Shown: piece after piece, positions 61,731 through 64,000 of the stretch | How the letters are laid out: each line of letters opens with the position of its first letter | Numbering within the stretch: the first letter of the stretch is position 1 | From: Marispirochaeta sp. | Lineage (GTDB): Bacteria; Spirochaetota; Spirochaetia; JC444; Marispirochaetaceae | Direction: 5' to 3' | Assembly: GCA_963676835.2 (NCBI GenBank) | Contig: CAXXFF010000002.1 | Span: forward strand, 1,632,001-1,696,000 | Length of the DNA: 64,000 nt | Made by a program: the position numbers and the translations under genes | Notes under the pieces: generated by a model | The model's database searches: none | Told to the model about the DNA's origin: nothing | The model's input: only the letters and a program-made list of their open reading frames with translations

Positions 61731-61774
61731 ACCAGTTCAAAGCCAACCTGATTATACCAACATGGGGGTTGTAA

Positions 61775-62053
61775 GTGCCTGGAAAAGGTTCGGCCGCAAA
61801 GCGGCACCGACAGAGCCGGGAACGCCGTATGCGTAACCGTGTTCGAAAAAGCGCCATTCTTACAGCAAGAAAGAGCTTTTTAAGCGCTGTAAAAGAAAAT
61901 GACGCAACTGAAGCAGAAAGCCGCTTTCAGTATGTTACCAAATTGATTGATACCGCTACCGGTAAGGGTGTTTATCACGCGAATACCGCAGCGAGAAAAA
62001 AATCTCGACTCAACAAGATTCTTAAACAGTTGAAGCAAGGAGCCGAGGCTTAA
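61775..62053 (+). CDS. rpsT: 30S ribosomal protein S20 (GTG start)
   Basis: SAAKRHRQS, KGVYHANTAARKKSRL. Confidence 0.97.
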   Translation: MPGKGSAAKRHRQSRERRMRNRVRKSAILTARKSFLSAVKENDATEAESRFQYVTKLIDTATGKGVYHANTAARKKSRLNKILKQLKQGAEA

Positions 62054-62106
62054 GCAGCCTCGTCTCCGCTCCCGTATCTGGATCGACGAGAAAGGAGCTT
62101 AAGCAG

Positions 62107-62406
62107 GTGAGTAACAAGCTCACGAAAGCCGAAATTATCGATAACATTTTCGAGAGAACCGGCGTAAACCGTAAAGATGTCCATCGTATCCTCGATGAAT
62201 TTTTTGACGAGCTTAAGGAAGGCTTGCAGACTGACCGTGTTGTCGAGCTGCGCGGCTTCGGGACTTTTGAGATCCGAACCAGAAAAGGCCGGGAGAAAGC
62301 CAGGAATCCGAAGACCGGCGAAATAGTGCCGGTCAACGCTCATGGGGTTGCGGTATTCCGCCCCGGTAAAGAGCTTAAACAGCTGGCCTGGCCCCTCAGA
62401 TCCTGA
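62107..62406 (+). CDS. HU/IHF-family DNA-binding protein (Hbb-like), GTG start
   Basis: VELRGFGTF, ARNPKTGE, FRPGKELK; SD AAGGAG. Confidence 0.95.
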   Translation: MSNKLTKAEIIDNIFERTGVNRKDVHRILDEFFDELKEGLQTDRVVELRGFGTFEIRTRKGREKARNPKTGEIVPVNAHGVAVFRPGKELKQLAWPLRS

Positions 62407-62438
62407 TAACACCTTAATAACATGTTCTGTTCTCAAGG

Positions 62439-64000
62439 ATGAAAACCGTGATCAACCCGCAGAAGCTGATGGGTAATCTGGTGCAGTTTCTTATAAACAT
62501 TGCCCTGTTGACCCTTTCGTCCCTGATTTTCGCGCTCTCATTCCCCAGTTTTCTCTCATACCGGGGATGGGGAGTTCTCGCATTTTTTTCCATAATCCCG
62601 GCTTTTATAGTGGTTCACCGTTCCGGATGGTTTGGTTCATTTATTCTGGGATGGCTGTACGGGCTTATTTGCTATGCCATTTTTAACTACTGGTTGGCGA
62701 TATTTCATCCGCTGGCCATTTTTATTGTGCCCCTTATCTATTCCGCCTATTTTCTTGTTCTTTTTCCCTTGCTGAAGGCGGCAGACCGTCTGTTTCCCCG
62801 TTATGGTTATCTTGTTCAGGTTCTGCTCTGGATGGGCTATGAACTTTTACGCACCAAGGGATTTCTGGGGTATCCTTACGGAAATCTCGGGTATTCTCAG
62901 TATGAGTTTCTTCCCCTCATTCAAATAGCTTCCATTACCGGTATGTGGGGTGTTTCGGTACTGGTTTTGTTTCCCTCCGCCTTTCTGGGCAATGCCCTTA
63001 AGAAGCTGAAAAAGGACGATTTTTTGCAGTTTATAGGGGTGCATAAGCTTGAAGCTTTAGTTTATGCGGGCCTCATGCTTCTGGTCATAGGTGGCGGAGC
63101 TATTTCAATGCAGGATTATTCCTCTGAAAAGCAGTGGAAAGTAGCCCTCATACAGCAGAACGAAGATCCCTGGCGCAGTAATGTGGATGCTTACCGGGAT
63201 GCCCTTGATACTTTGATCGATCTCAGTGATAAAGCACTGAAAGAGGATCCGGAAATTGTTATCTGGTCTGAAACAGCATTTGTGCCGCGGATCGACTGGC
63301 ATAACCGCTACCGCACAAGCAGGCCTCATTATGAGCTGGTGCGTGATCTCCTTGATTATCTTGCAGTACAGGATGTGCCCTTTCTGGTTGGAAATGATCA
63401 TGCCGAAAACGGAGCGGCTCCAGGAAAGCCTCTTGAGCCCGTTGATTACAACGCGGCCATCCTTTTTGACCGGGGCGAGGTTCTGGATATTTACAAGAAG
63501 ACTCACCTTGTTCCCTTTACCGAACATTTTCCCTATGAAAAAACTCTGTCTGCCATGCACCGTATGCTTGTTGAGGCGGATACCCATTTCTGGGAAAAGG
63601 GAACCGAATATACGGTATTCAACTCCCGGGGAGTTAAATTTTCTACCCCCATCTGCTTTGAAGATGTTTTCGGCTATCTGAGCCGTGAATTTGTTCTGGC
63701 CGGAGCCGAGGTTATTGTCAATATTACCAATGACTCATGGTCCGGTTCGGTGGCTTCGGAGATGCAGCATGCCGGCATGGCTGTCTTCCGGGCGGTGGAG
63801 AACCGCCGCAGTATGGTGCGGAGCACTAACGGGGGCATTACCTGTATAATCGACCCCGATGGACGGATGGTGCAGGAACTTACTCCCTTTACATCAGATT
63901 ACCTTGTAGGTAATGTCCCGGTTTATACCGGTTCAAAAAGCATATATTCCCGTTTCGGCGACTGGTTTGCATGGCTGATGCTTCTCGGTGGCATTGCCGC
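62439..64000 (+). CDS. lnt: Apolipoprotein N-acyltransferase, 3'-truncated by window edge (absent from ORF track)
   Basis: Hand translation: multi-TM N-terminus, WSETA (Glu), YKKTHLVPFTE (Lys), PICFED (Cys), NITNDSW, RAVENRR. Confidence 0.95.
   Translation, partial: MKTVINPQKLMGNLVQFLINIALLTLSSLIFALSFPSFLSYRGWGVLAFFSIIPAFIVVHRSGWFGSFILGWLYGLICYAIFNYWLAIFHPLAIFIVPLIYSAYFLVLFPLLKAADRLFPRYGYLVQVLLWMGYELLRTKGFLGYPYGNLGYSQYEFLPLIQIASITGMWGVSVLVLFPSAFLGNALKKLKKDDFLQFIGVHKLEALVYAGLMLLVIGGGAISMQDYSSEKQWKVALIQQNEDPWRSNVDAYRDALDTLIDLSDKALKEDPEIVIWSETAFVPRIDWHNRYRTSRPHYELVRDLLDYLAVQDVPFLVGNDHAENGAAPGKPLEPVDYNAAILFDRGEVLDIYKKTHLVPFTEHFPYEKTLSAMHRMLVEADTHFWEKGTEYTVFNSRGVKFSTPICFEDVFGYLSREFVLAGAEVIVNITNDSWSGSVASEMQHAGMAVFRAVENRRSMVRSTNGGITCIIDPDGRMVQELTPFTSDYLVGNVPVYTGSKSIYSRFGDWFAWLMLLGGIA

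Noticed and set aside
62847..63681. ORF-track calls at 62847-63044, 63105-63587 and 63256-63681
   Set aside because: Alternative-frame or antisense shadows of lnt, which the track missed because it runs off the window end.

Overview
Core chromosomal region of a spirochaete, most likely a free-living Spirochaetales member. This is inferred from the gene order rpsL-rpsG-[no fusA]-tuf-rpsJ, secY-rpmJ without adk/map/infA, a giant membrane-anchored coiled-coil gene, and a B. subtilis-type pur cluster. Bases 1-19.8 kb carry the 3' part of rpoC and the str/S10/spc/alpha ribosomal superoperon. Bases 20-48 kb carry: a 1112-aa membrane protein with 35 tandem DEVEEL repeats; rny-ymdB-tlyA; a GerMN protein; ptsI-der; an envelope cluster (secreted NlpC/P60-like protein, TPR protein, beta-barrel, ExbB, ExbD, TonB-like); a HAD hydrolase; the coiled-coil protein; grpE-dnaK-dnaJ; two small envelope genes; and rlmB. 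Bases 48-58 kb (minus strand) carry tatD-dusB, an orphan talarate/galactarate dehydratase-like gene, a 156-bp MITE, purFMNDE and a large lepB. Bases 58-64 kb carry an M23 peptidase, bactofilin, yaaR, yaaT, a 56-aa Zn-ribbon gene missed by the ORF track, rpsT, HU/IHF and a 3'-truncated lnt. No rRNA, tRNA, CRISPR array, prophage or transposase was seen. The best leads are the TPR/barrel/ExbBD-TonB envelope module, the acidic-repeat sensor-like protein, a highly structured RNA in the slot usually occupied by fusA, the small Zn-ribbon gene (possible lineage-specific ribosomal protein), a probable CTG start for ymdB, and the MITE. All assignments come from reading motifs by eye; no database searches were run.
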